Below, piece by piece: positions 40,601 to 58,863 of a DNA stretch of 64,000 nt. Numbering within the stretch: the stretch's first letter is position 1; each line of letters begins with the position of its first letter. A program made the position numbers and the translations under genes. Under the pieces are notes generated by a model, which did not search any database, was not told where the DNA came from, and saw nothing but the letters and a program-made list of their open reading frames with translations. Source of the stretch: Auanema rhodensis (lineage: Eukaryota; Animalia; Nematoda); assembly GCA_964057225.1 (NCBI GenBank), contig OZ059894.1:7812001-7876000 (forward strand), given 5' to 3'.

Positions 40601-43081
40601 TAATAATATTTGCATGTTTGGTTATTAGATGAAGCTGTTAATCTGTTGAAGCAGACGTTCATTTAGAAGACAGTACCGACGTCAAACATCAAAGGAATTC
40701 CTTTGATCTGTTCGGTAATCTTTTTGGTGCAACAGAGAGAATGCGCTGGCACGAAAAGCTAGATAGAAAAGCTTGTATAAGATGATAGAGAAAGAAAGGT
40801 AGAGAGATGAGAGATTTATACATGAAATATATAGTTATAGAGATATTAGAGCAATGATACCAAAGATGACAAATATAATTCGTTCTTATTGAATGTTTAT
40901 AAAAGAAACAAAAATGATGTGTAAAGAACGGTTGGCATGAAGTCTATTTGAATAGAAGATAACGATATTCCGATTGTAAAGGACTGTCTTTTATTATGAT
41001 AGAGGGATCATTTTACCTTTAAAAGTTTTTTTTTATGAACAAGAAAAAGAAAATTCAGTTTTCTATACAGTTACACAGATTTTTGTCAAAGAGGACAGGT
41101 GCATATTCAGCTATGATGCTATGAATATCAGGGTCGAATTTCGAAAAGGTCGATAATACAGCAATTATTACGAAGTATAACTCCATCCGGCGCCCGATTG
41201 ACGTTGAAATTAATAATTATATTCAAACACATCATTCAAAATCACATAAATTTTGCGAGAAAAAAAAGTTAATTGGGTTGGAAACAGCTAAACTTTCTCG
41301 AGACAATGGGGCATTAACACGCATCTGTATGATGATAATGTACAACAGTTGTCGTTATAAACAATGAAATAAAAAGAATAAAATTGGAAAAAATTAAAGA
41401 ATTTTATGACATTTGACGCTTGAAAAGCATGATTCTATCTCGTAAAACTTCAGTTTTATGCGACACTATGGATAAGAGATTTAAATTTTTTTTCATTTCC
41501 AGTATATACAGAAGAGCACACAAATATTTCCGAGAAAGAAGAAATAAAAAATAAAAAGAAACAAAGTAAAACTGAATACAATTGTATAGTTAGCAAGTGA
41601 AAGTTAAATATAACATTTATTATACTACAATCAGATTGACAGCGTGCTCGGGTTATAGGATAATCCGTTTGACAACGGAAATTGCATTCATTTCGAGGAC
41701 AGGACCAAACGTTTGAATGCATTTATAAACAGAAAATTACTAGAATAATTGACTTCTAAGCATGAAGATTGAATACAAAATGGCCGATAAAGTTTCAAAG
41801 TAATAACACAGAATGATGATATAAACTATAGTAATGATTGGATTAGTTATAACATTAATCTACGAATAATTTCCCTCAGGGGATGACAAATGGTAGCAGT
41901 TTTGACGTATCAAGGCCAAGGCAAGAAGCTAAAAGTTGACCAATGTAACGGAGAAATAGCTACGGAGCTCTAGAAAGAGAAGGTCATTAAGACAAGTCTG
42001 TTACTGAGGAAGTGACTTAAGCTCATTTAGCTCTCAGGATACTAAAACCGAAGCCTGTCGAATATGTTTCAATTTACGCCTGAATAGTCAGAAATGAGCG
42101 AACGGCCGGCTTCTAATGACGTTCAAGTCAACTCGATTTACTAATTGAATGAACAAGCCAATCGAAGCCGGATGATGATGAGTGTGAAGACCACAAGCAA
42201 GCTTTTCATCAGTAGGATCCCTGATGTCTATTGAACACATGCATGCTGGCATTCCTAATAAGGTCATCTAGACATGATGGAGCAGAGTGTCAAGTTCAGC
42301 GATTGAGAGGCATTCTGATGAGATCACTGGAACGCCTTCAGCGTAAATGGCGTCAGGGAACTTCATAAAGTGCACGGGCCCATGAAATGAAACATGAAGA
42401 AGAAGAAGAAGAAGAAAAGGACTTGAGCACTTAAAAGTTTGTCAATAGTTTAAAAATTGAATAAATTAATAGATTGTTAGCTCTAGTCATAGAAGCAAAA
42501 TTCAAAATTTAGAAAAGGGAAAGCGATCATATGATATTTTTTATTAATCTTTTCATAGTTTTCAATTTTAAAAAATAATTTCAAGAACAAAATCAACATT
42601 AAAAATTCTTTTTTTCTTTCAAAAATTTTAACCACATTTCACAACAAAATGGAAAGTTAATGAGATCGAGGCAATGAAACAAGGCAGTTTGCATGTTCAT
42701 ACATGAGCAAGTGTGAATTTTAAAAATGGTTTAAACAACCTACTAGCCAGATGGTTAAGACAACAGCATGATATGTATATGCTGAAGAGAGCCATCTGAC
42801 TGACCACACATATGAAATAACACGAACAACGCTAATTAGCTGAACAATTAATTGCGTTACTTCATGAATGGAACCTTCTCTACAAGACTTTTTCCTCATT
42901 TTGTTCCAAACCACCTTCTCAGCTTGAACATGTACATTGACAATACCCATAGTTTCCATCTTCTTCAAACGAAATACATAGAGATAAGTGGTTCTTCCAG
43001 TATGATATATCAGTTTTTGAAGTTTGCTTTTCAAGTTTAAGTTTACTTTTCAAGTTTAAGTTTAAAATAAAAGGTTTCAGT

Positions 43082-43101
43082 GCTTCCGTGGCGCAATAGG
43101 C

Positions 43102-43137
<36 letters not shown>

Positions 43138-43154
43138 GAGCCCACCCGGGAGCG
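43082..43154 (+). tRNA. tRNA-Asn (anticodon GTT)
   Basis: Acceptor stem GCTTCCG/CGGGAGC, D arm TGGCGCAATAGGCAGCGC, anticodon arm TTCGG-CTGTTAA-CCGAA and T arm GGTGG-TTCGAGC-CCACC. A T5 Pol III terminator lies at ~43158. Confidence 0.97.
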
Positions 43155-44392
43155 AAATTTTTGTTTCTTTAGGGTAGTAAACAATATCTGTGCCCGAGGA
43201 CCTGGTCATCTGCTTCTTTTTTGTCTTACAAGTATGACCCATCTCATTTCCATATAAGTGTTTTTCTATACAAAGATTAGCCGAAAAAAATGGAAATTAG
43301 ATATATTGAATGATTTAGAGAGTTAGCACAATTCTAAGTACTTCATAATCCACTTCAAGACACATGTTCTTCTCAATACTTCATCTACTTTTGAGTAAAA
43401 TATTCAAATTTCATGTGTAATAGGCTAACAAAATAATTAAATTATGCAATACTATATAAGAAATAATCTAAGAGAAATACGACAATAAGAACAAAGAAAA
43501 TTCAAACATAAAATTGAAAAGCAGGGATTTTTGAATAAATAGAGTTTAGAATATATTTTTAGAAGTTAGAAGAATTGGTGTCTGCAATGGCTTTGCACAG
43601 TCATCACATTATCATCAATGGCAGTCGATATTAAAGCTGATGATACTGAGGATGATGAAGTGGCTAATCTATAATCTGATGATCATTTTTTCATTTGTTA
43701 TTCTAAAGTATTATAGCATATATGGAGGTCAGTATTGACCTTTCGTCTATTCAAATAAGACGAAAATTATGTTATAATAGGAGATGATATGCGATGGGAA
43801 AGTTGTCGCCAATCGTTATAGCCCCTCCAATCATAGTGTCTGACTCATCTTCACATCATACAGTCTCTTCAATCATGGCTGATTGAACATCCAACAGAAG
43901 TATCATGAAGAAGCTAGATGGCGAACTGCTAGTGTATATCAAATGGGGTCATTAGAATAACATTTTGATAAGAATAGAGATAAATAAATAAATATATATG
44001 CGATATAACTATATTAACTATGTGAAATATATATACATAATTAGTTATTGAATATGATTAAAATTTTCGTTTTTCAATCTTAATAGGATTATACATCTGA
44101 GTTTCTCATCAAATACTCATCCGATCTGCAGTAATGACAAATATTATTTTTGAACGAGAAAGTAAATAATCTGTCTTGAGCAGATTAGCTAATTGGATCC
44201 CACATCTAGCTACTGTGTTTTGTTTTTTCTTCTTCATTCATCCATAACTAATATCAGGTTTTTGCTTTATTTATCTGTTACAAATTAAATGGAAAACTTC
44301 CTAATACTCAGTTGCTTTATATTCGTTTGTTTCAGAATACCAGGAAGATTTTTCAATTTATTTCTCACTTGAAGTTGATATTGCTGATTGTA

Positions 44393-45667
44393 TCATCTTC
44401 TGTTGCTGATGATGTTGTTGTTTATTCCTAAAATAAAGTTTAAGAGTTTATAGCTTTTTCAGCATTTAACCTAAATTCATCATCTTACGTTTTATTTTTG
44501 AATTGTATTTGTGAGTAACGAGGTAATGAAATACAAGCTCTCCTACTTGATTCGTGAAAAAGTTCCTGAGACAAATAAATCCTTTACGAATAATTTAAAT
44601 AAAAGAACCGAGTATTGTGGTGGATTATCCCGATTTAACGAACTTTCTACATCTGCCCAAGTTCCCAAGGTGACTGGCCGACCATGATATAGATCATCTA
44701 AAGCTTGATCATGGAGGAAACCGGGATTCAACAAAGCTATTGTTGTCTATGAAGAGAGTAAAGAATTCGGATACTGCTATCAAATTTCTTACTTGAAATT
44801 GATTATATCGCTTCATAACTTGAAGAAGAGTTATTACAACAATACAGAAATATGCTGTATATACGATTAAAGATACTATATAAAGTCTCAGATAATCGGT
44901 ATGAACTTGTTCCACTACTCTTGAATAGTATTTGCATACTGAATAAGCTTCTTCTAAGTTTCATGTAATGTTTCAACTGACACATATTTTTGTTTAATTT
45001 CTCATAATAGTCAGGATGCGTTAATTTCGAGTTGGCCAAGCTAATAATGATCAGAGTTTTTGTAACTTCATAAAACTGAAATATTTTGTTATCTGCAAAA
45101 TATATAGAACAAAAACAAATGAGAATAAATAAAAATAATAAAATTAATGAAAATGTTATAAAAAATAATCTAAATAACCTACAGTCATAAACAAAAATGG
45201 TAGGAGATATAATGGTCTTCTTCCTGCAATGGCTACTAGAGCACTAATCAGAGTTATAGCCGAAGAAGCTACATTAAGAGTAGCAAGAACTGGAATTAAT
45301 TGGTTTAATTTTATGTACAAGTATCTCTTCTCTCTAATATAAAAATGTTTGTATATTACAGCTCTGTTCAGCTGATTTCATCAGTTCAATCAGACATATC
45401 AACCAGTAAGCGAAAACATGAAATTTCAAAGAATCCTATGAAGGAAATAAAACTTGACATGTTTTTTTTGATTTGATGATCTTAGAACTTACTTCGGAAA
45501 AAAAGTTATACAGAAAAAAATGGACAAATTGATCAAAACAACTGGTATTTGTGATGTTTGATGACTGTCTATTATTAGTATTAGGAGGAACAACCTAAAA
45601 TTCAAGAAAAAAAGTACGACGCTATTGTGCAAATATATTTTTCACCAACCTGTGAAATGTCGACCAT
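44393..45667 (-). CDS. Small multi-pass membrane protein with PY motifs (LAPTM/Mtp-like); multi-exon, 5' splicing uncertain
   Basis: Spliced exons give hydrophobic segments (LIPVLATLNVASSAITLISALVAIAG-RRPLYLLPFLFM; LYIVSLIVYTAYFCIVVITLLQV) and a tail with NPPQYS and LPRYS. Candidate ATG at 45667. The junction near 45370-45420 needs a weak 46-nt intron or a frameshift. Confidence 0.6.
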
Positions 45668-46674
45668 TTCCACGAAACAAATTAGTAAAAATGAAACACA
45701 ACCGTTCATAATTTGATTGATTTCAATAACGAAACAAGTTTAATAATCATGAATATGAAAACATGAATATGAAAAATTTTTATTCTCCATATCTAATGAA
45801 TAGACTGTAATTTTAAGACACAGCTGTTTAACACATAGTTGTGTTTTTTTTTGTATTTTACACTACAAAACTACAAAATCATTGTAGCAAATTCAAACCT
45901 TGGAAGGCTATTTTTAAATATTAAAAAGAATGAATCAGAATCACTGATAATAGAAATCTTAGTAAGTAATAAGCTCATACTTACTCAAATTCGTAAGCTC
46001 CAAAGAAGTACAGGGAGAATAGAAAACGTTGTTGTTGTTACTTGAAGAAAGAAAGAAGGGATCTATTAAGTAATTAGATTAAAAGTTTTATAAAAAGTAC
46101 CGTTTTTTGCATATTTCAATTTAAATTGCTTGTCAGAGTTTGATTTTGTTTCTTTTATTACAAGAAGTCAAACTTGTCATATCAGTGATAGCAAATTAAT
46201 GTTGTTGAAATGCTTTGAATTTGCAAAACTACATGGTAGTATGATTTAGAAAACAAAAAACTTCATTGTTCAGAAGAAAGGTCCAAATGTTTTTGAAGGA
46301 TTTAATTTTCATTAATAACATGTTCTGAATTAATATAAATAAAAACAAAAGAATGGGAGGAGTAGCTTGTGTTTACAGATATATATATAAAGAAATTATT
46401 TAATAACTAATTATATTTATAAAAGTTTTATTTTATTAATATATTTTATGATTTAACTTTATAGGATACAATATATCACAGAGTATTCATATATCCAAAA
46501 TATGTTGAATTATCATTGGAATATATAGTGTAACATAGTGATAGTTTCTGATACTTTAGGTTCTGCTACAACATTATCGATATTTTTTCTTTGTCGTGAT
46601 AGATAAAAGTATATAAGGCTGCTTCATTAACTTCACTTTATCCTTCCGCTCAATAATTGAATTAAACTTTTCAG

Positions 46675-48764
46675 ATGGCTTTTCCTATAATTGCAACTGG
46701 AATAATACTTTTTATAACCTATATTTGGTACTTCTATTCCAATGTCAAGAAATATCCAAAAGGCCCAACACCTCTTCCTATTGTTGGCAATCTTTTAAAT
46801 GTAAGGTATATTTCAGTATATTCTATAAAGCTCCTATTTTAGTTCGATTTCCCTAATGCTCCACAAAATCTTGAAGAATTGTCCAAAACTTATGGAAATA
46901 TATTTACTATATGGCTTCCAAAGCCAACAGTATGCATTATGAATCATGAAGCAATCAAAGAAGCTTTTCAAAGTATTTAAAATCGTTTTGATGGTGTTCT
47001 GAATTTTTAAACTTCAGAAGAGGAATTCTCTGGTCGTGGAGAAACTTTTCCTGATACCATGTTTGAATATGTAAAGAATGGAGGAATTATTTTCTCTCAG
47101 GTTAGTATTGCCATATAAACTGAAAATTCTCAAGCCAGATTTTAACAAACATTGGATTCTAGGGTGAAATCTGGAAAGAACAAAGAAGAACATCCCTTCA
47201 TATTCTCAGAGATTTTGGAATGGGAAAGGGACAAATGGAAACTCAAGTAACTCTTTTAGGTCTTACCGCATTACCTTAATTGTTCTATTTAAGGTTAGAG
47301 AATCAATGCAAGATTGTATAAGTCATGTCTATGATATTTGTAAATCAAATCAAAGTGTTAACTTCAGATGGCCACTTCAGGTTAGAAAATTAATAATAAT
47401 AAATGAAAAAGCTTTGAATTTGCAGCTTTTCGTAGGAAATGTCATATCTAATACTCTATTCGGTACCCAATATAAGTATGATGATTGTGAACGACTCAAA
47501 GCATATTGCAATATGACAACAGAAGATTTTTCAGAATTGAGGTGATTGTCATAAACCTTTGGTTAAACAAATTGATTTCAGAGAAAGTAATCTTATCTTC
47601 CTCCCGCAAATCATTCCAGGAATAGAAAAAGTTCCATTTATCCGTAACTTAGTTAAGGGAAATAGAAATATGCCTAAGGTTCGGAGATATTGTCCATCCA
47701 ACACTTCAACAATTTTTCAGTTTTTTAAACTTCTTGAAGAAGATATGGCAAAGTGTTTAAAAGGATATGATCCAAACATTGAACCAGCAAACTTTTGTCA
47801 AGCTTATTATCAGAAAATGACAAGAAACGGAAATTATGAGTAAGTTTTCAGTCAGTTACACTGAATTGTATGATCGCATCAGAGAGGGACAGCTGATCAA
47901 TATTTGCTCTGATTTCTTCATAGCTGGATTGGAAACAACTTCTACAACCCTTCGTTGGGCGGTGCTCTACATGGTGGTATATCAAGATGTTCAGGTATTT
48001 CTAGTTAATCTGAAAATAATGAAACGGTAATAAGAGGAGATGAAAAGAATCTTATTTTCAGGATAAAATGAGAAAGGAAATCGAAGAAACAATTGGACTT
48101 AATGCTTTCCCATCTATGGCTGACAAGCAGAAACTTCCCTACTGCAAGTAAATTTAGTTTGAGATCTTTGCTGATTATGATAATCTGAAATTCAGTGCTG
48201 TCGTCAACGAAATCCAGAGATGTGCAAACATTGTTTCGATGAATGTAGTTCACAGAACGACAAGCGATACTTCAGTTTCTGGTTATAGTATCCCAGCTGA
48301 TACAAAAGTCTATGGACAAATATATGTAAGCATTATGAACAAGATATTGACAAATATACTGATCACAGAGTGTACATAGAAACAACGAAGTGTACAATGA
48401 GTTCGAAAAGTTCAGACCTGAGAGGTTTTTGGAAGCAGATGGCAAAACACCAAACAAGGTGAAAATGAAGAAGAGCTAATAATTTTTTCTTAAAATTCGT
48501 TTCAGAGAGCCGTTGAAAACTTAAGTCCATTCTCAATCGGTAAACGACAATGTGCTGGAGAGAGCATGGCTCGCCTTGAACTCTTCCTTGGATTAGTTTC
48601 GTTAGTTCAAAATTTCAAGGTATTCAGGTTATAATTTATAAACATAATATTAAATTCTACAGCTTGAGGAAGATCCTAATCATACAGTCAGCTTGACACC
48701 AGCATTAACTGTAGTAATAACACCTGAAGACAAACCACTTCGTATCACTCCAATAAATGGATAA
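46675..48764 (+). CDS. Cytochrome P450, clan 2 (CYP14/33/34/35/36-like), copy A
   Basis: N-terminal anchor plus [31 protein letters not shown]-helix [26 protein letters not shown] and heme motif [15 protein letters not shown] follows ttttcag; TAA at 48762-48764. Confidence 0.95.
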
Positions 48765-48859
48765 TTCAACAACTTGTATATTGCTAATATGGAATTGTTT
48801 GATTATAAATTAATTTTGAAATAAAAAAAGTTTTTTTTTAAATTTTTTGTTATGAATTT

Positions 48860-49200
48860 AAATCAAAAGTATTCATTTCAAGCTTAATCTACGTGAAAAA
48901 AATCAATAATTATCATCAATATGTTAATTTTTTACGTGAAACTGGACCGCTTTGACGTTTACACGTTTTACGTGCTCGTAAACATCATACAATTTGTCTT
49001 ACTAAAGACATTCTAAAATTTCACAACAAATTGATATTCCCTGAACGTCAACTTCTTTTCATTTTCTGATAGTCAAGCGCATTACATCTAAAGTCTTTAT
49101 GTATTTAAGAGAACACTGGAGACCAACCAAATCAATGAATACACTTTCTGATATATTGTCACCAATTCGACCATTTCTCTGCTGTTTTGTGATCAAATTG
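48860..49200 (+). repeat. ~340-bp intergenic block R, present three times (inverted copies at ~55815-56155 and ~59150-59490)
   Basis: Reverse-complement matches are near-identical, e.g. gtttacacgttttacgtgctcgtaaac at 48957 and its complement at ~56030 and ~59365. Confidence 0.92.
48890..48974 (+). promoter_or_regulatory. Cluster of TACGTG/RCGTG (HIF-response-element-like) sites within block R
   Basis: TACGTG at 48890, 48933 and 48969 (TACGTGCT), plus ACGTG on the minus strand at ~48962. Function is inferred, not shown. Confidence 0.45.
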
Positions 49201-49599
49201 TCTTATCGTTGAAAAGTTTGGTGTTTATTCTGTTTTATCTATTATTTTCAGTTAAAAGACAATCATAAGTACAAGAATTAGTATTTTCTATAGATGTTCA
49301 TTTTGAAATCGCAATTTCATAATTATCTTTGTTTTTTTTTCAGATAAAAAGAAAGTGATAAAGATACTTCAGAAATCTTTCAATGAGATTAAAACGTCTT
49401 GCTCTTTCCTATTGATTATACTTGCAAGTTTAAACTGAAATCATAACGATACCTCAATATCATCAAGATATTGATCATGTAGACTGTACTCAAAAATTAT
49501 TGGATCAATGATTCATATTCATTTCCCTCAAAAATTTGATTACAATGAATTGTCATTTATTAGTAAATTACATATATTTACAATTCAAATTTAAATACA

Positions 49600-51771
<2,172 letters not shown>

Positions 51772-52675
51772 TGTTTTTACTATAATATGTTAATTCTGAA
51801 TTAAAAGATTGTTGAATAAAATAGTAATCTAAGAATCTTAAATAATAGAATGAGTAAGCGGTAATAAATCAAAGAAGGTGAAGATAAAATGAATTGTTCT
51901 TTAATTTTTGCGCATTTTGCTGACGCTCTGTCAGCACTCCGCCCCTTACATAAGGGTGTAACTTGTGTCTCCGCCCAATAATAGACAGTTCAACTATGTA
52001 TTTCATTTCTCAGAGAAAACCCTTGCATTTAAGTAGTTGAAATATGATCAACGACATTGTTCGTTCTTATCAAATCATTTCCAACACCAATTGAGGAGAA
52101 AACAAAAATAACAATTGTATTTTCGGTTCAGAAAATAAACTGTCATGTGAATTGAAGATCAACTTGTCTAATTCTAGCAATTTGGCCATTAAATACATCG
52201 GTAAATGAAAGACCAGTTTGTTCTATAACCTAATAGTTGAAAAATAATCGAAAATGAATCAGAAATTGTCTCGTTTATTCATAATAAGAGAGAATATTCT
52301 ATTTTGATTTTAAAAAACGGGAATTTATGACAGAGAGATAACGAATTCAAGGTCTTTACTAACGCTACCATACTTTCATCTGTTTCTGTTGATAATGTAA
52401 CTTTTCATAAATACAAATTTGAAATCATTCTCCCTGCTCATTTAATTAATAATGTATCGTGAAATCATATTATTTGCATTTTACTGATCTTGTGTCAATG
52501 CCAATATTTCTGACCTAATGCTAAGGTTAAATGCTCCAATGTCATTAATTTATTTCATCAAATTGATGAAAGTCTGCTGTTTTTTTTTAAAATTATTATT
52601 ACAAATTAATAGAAATTTAGTTGTGAATTCTAACTGTACATTAAGATTAAATTACAAATTGACAATTTAAATACA

Positions 52676-54796
<2,121 letters not shown>

Positions 54797-55034
54797 TGTT
54801 TTTACTATAATATGTTAATTCTGAATTAAAAGATTGTTGAATGAAATAATAATCTAAGAATCTTAAAAAATAAAATGAGGAAGAGGTGAAAAATCAAAGA
54901 AGGAGAAGATAAAATAGATTTTTCTTTAATTTTTGCGCATTTTGCTGACGCTCTGTCAGCACTCCGCCCCTTATATAAGGGTGTAACTTGTGTCTCCGCC
55001 CAATAATAGACAGTTCAACTATGTATTTCATAGT

Positions 55035-55310
55035 CACAAATATGATGATTACATAGAGAAAGTAGATGGCAAAACACCAAACAAGGTGAAAATGTGCTGG
55101 AGAGACAACTTGTATATTGCTAATATGGAATTGTTTGATTATAAGTTTATTTTTATAAATATGAATCAAAATTATACAATTCACAAGTCAACGATTACAA
55201 GTGATAAAGATAGTTCAGAAATCTTTCAATGAGGTTAAACCTTTTTGCTCTTTCCTGTTGATTATACCTGCAAGTTCAAACTGAAGTCATAAAGATACTT
55301 CAATAACATT
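55035..55310 (+). pseudogene. Serially deleted remnant of the CYP copy-A 3' end and downstream flank
   Basis: Collinear patches match 48437-48467, 48549-48563, 48769-48808 and ~49353-49463. Confidence 0.8.
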
Positions 55311-55734
55311 GTTATAAAAAGAAAATAATTAATTTTCCATTCATTAAAATGTATATATCTGTATACTCTGTAATAAGAAAATCAATCAGCAGTAAAGAAA
55401 TTGGCACAAATATATGTAGAAACTAAGAAGAAACTTCTCATTTTTTTATCCCAATTCTGGAATAGTATAGTGATGCACTATTTTTCTGTATGAAGTGTAT
55501 GGCAGTCATTTTCTGCTCTCTTCTTCCTATGTTCTGCCTATTTGGAACGTTTTGTATACACGTTGTAGGATACATGGTGCAAGACAGAAACAAGAATGCT
55601 AGATATTATCTCTTCTCCCCTTTTTAGTGATTTCATTTTAAAAACAGAAGTATATAACTTTTCACTCACAACAAATAAAAATGTTACGATAAAGAAATAT
55701 ATTATGTCCTCTCCAAACTCTTTGAATTATTATT

Positions 55735-55796
55735 TTATCCACCAATCTTTCAATTCAGAATAAAAATATTGTATTAGAAACAATGATTGCGGCTAT
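55735..55796 (+). pseudogene. 5' stub of a deleted B/D-type CYP (acceptor plus ATG ATT GCG GCT AT)
   Basis: caatcttt.aattcagaat...aaacaATGATTGCGGCTAT matches the copy D start region (56697-56751) and then jumps straight into block R. Confidence 0.75.
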
Positions 55797-56227
55797 AGAC
55801 AATTTCATAAGGCAATTTGATCACAAAACAGCAGAAAAATGGTCGAATTGGTGACAATATATCAGAAAGTGTATTCATTGATTTTGTTGGTCTCCAGTGT
55901 TCTCTTAAATACATAAAGACTTTAGATGTAATGCGCTTGACTATCAGAAAATGAAAAGAAGTTGACGTTCAGGGAATATCAATTTGTTGTGAAATTTTAG
56001 AATGTCTTTAGTAAGACAAATTGTATGATGTTTACGAGCACGTAAAACGTGTAAACGTCAAAGCGGTCCAGTTTCACGTAAAAAATTAACATATTGATGA
56101 TAATTATTGATTTTTTTCACGTAGATTAAGCTTGAAATGAATACTTTTGATTTAAATTCATAACAAAAAATTTAAAAAAAAACTTTTTTTATTTCAAAAT
56201 TAATTTATAATCAAACAATTCCATATT

Positions 56228-56505
56228 AGCAATATACAAGTTGTTGAATTATCCATTTATTGGAGTGATACGAAGTGGTTTGTCTTCAGGTGTTATTACT
56301 ACAGTTAATGCTGGTGTCAAGCTGACTGTATGACTGTATAGGATCTTCCTCAAGCTGTAGAATTTAATATTATGTTTATAAATTATAACCTGAATACCTT
56401 GAAATTTTGAACTAACGAAACTAATCCAAGGAAGAGTTCAAGGCGAGCATTCTCATTGCACACTTAGTTGTTTTTATCTACACTTTGTAATCAGTATATT
56501 TGTGA
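56228..56505 (-). pseudogene. Inverted 3' fragment of CYP copy A (part of the penultimate exon and the last exon), frameshifted
   Basis: Near-identical reverse complement of ~48569-48785 with a net +4 insertion (tgactgta tgactgta), joined to a diverged patch homologous to ~48350-48401. Confidence 0.85.
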
Positions 56506-56737
56506 CTATGAAATACATAGTTGAACTGTCTATTATTGGGCGGAGACACAAGTTACACCCTTATGTAAGGGGTGCTGACAGAGCGTCAACAAAATGCGCA
56601 AAAATTGAAGAATAATCCATTTTATCTTCACCTTCTTTGATTTATTACCGCTTACTCATTCTATTATTTAAGATTCTTAGATTACTATTTTATTCAACAA
56701 TCTTTTAATTCAGAATTAACATATTATAGTAAAAACA

Positions 56738-58863
<2,126 letters not shown>

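Noticed and set aside
42170-42320. ATGATGA...CTGA pairs resembling box C/D snoRNAs
   Set aside because: Spans are only ~50 nt, with no convincing terminal stem or identifiable rRNA guide.
20000-43000. Dozens of 60-110 aa ORFs in the ORF track
   Set aside because: They are low-complexity translations of AG/CT-rich non-coding DNA, with no consistent splice chains or recognisable domains.
43021-43065. Short ~19-nt tandem repeat upstream of the tRNA
   Set aside because: Only ~2.3 AT-rich copies, likely replication slippage; there are no spacers and it is not CRISPR-like.
42919-43242. 107-aa ORF containing LPGGLEPPTFRLTAERA
   Set aside because: Antisense translation of the tRNA-Asn gene.
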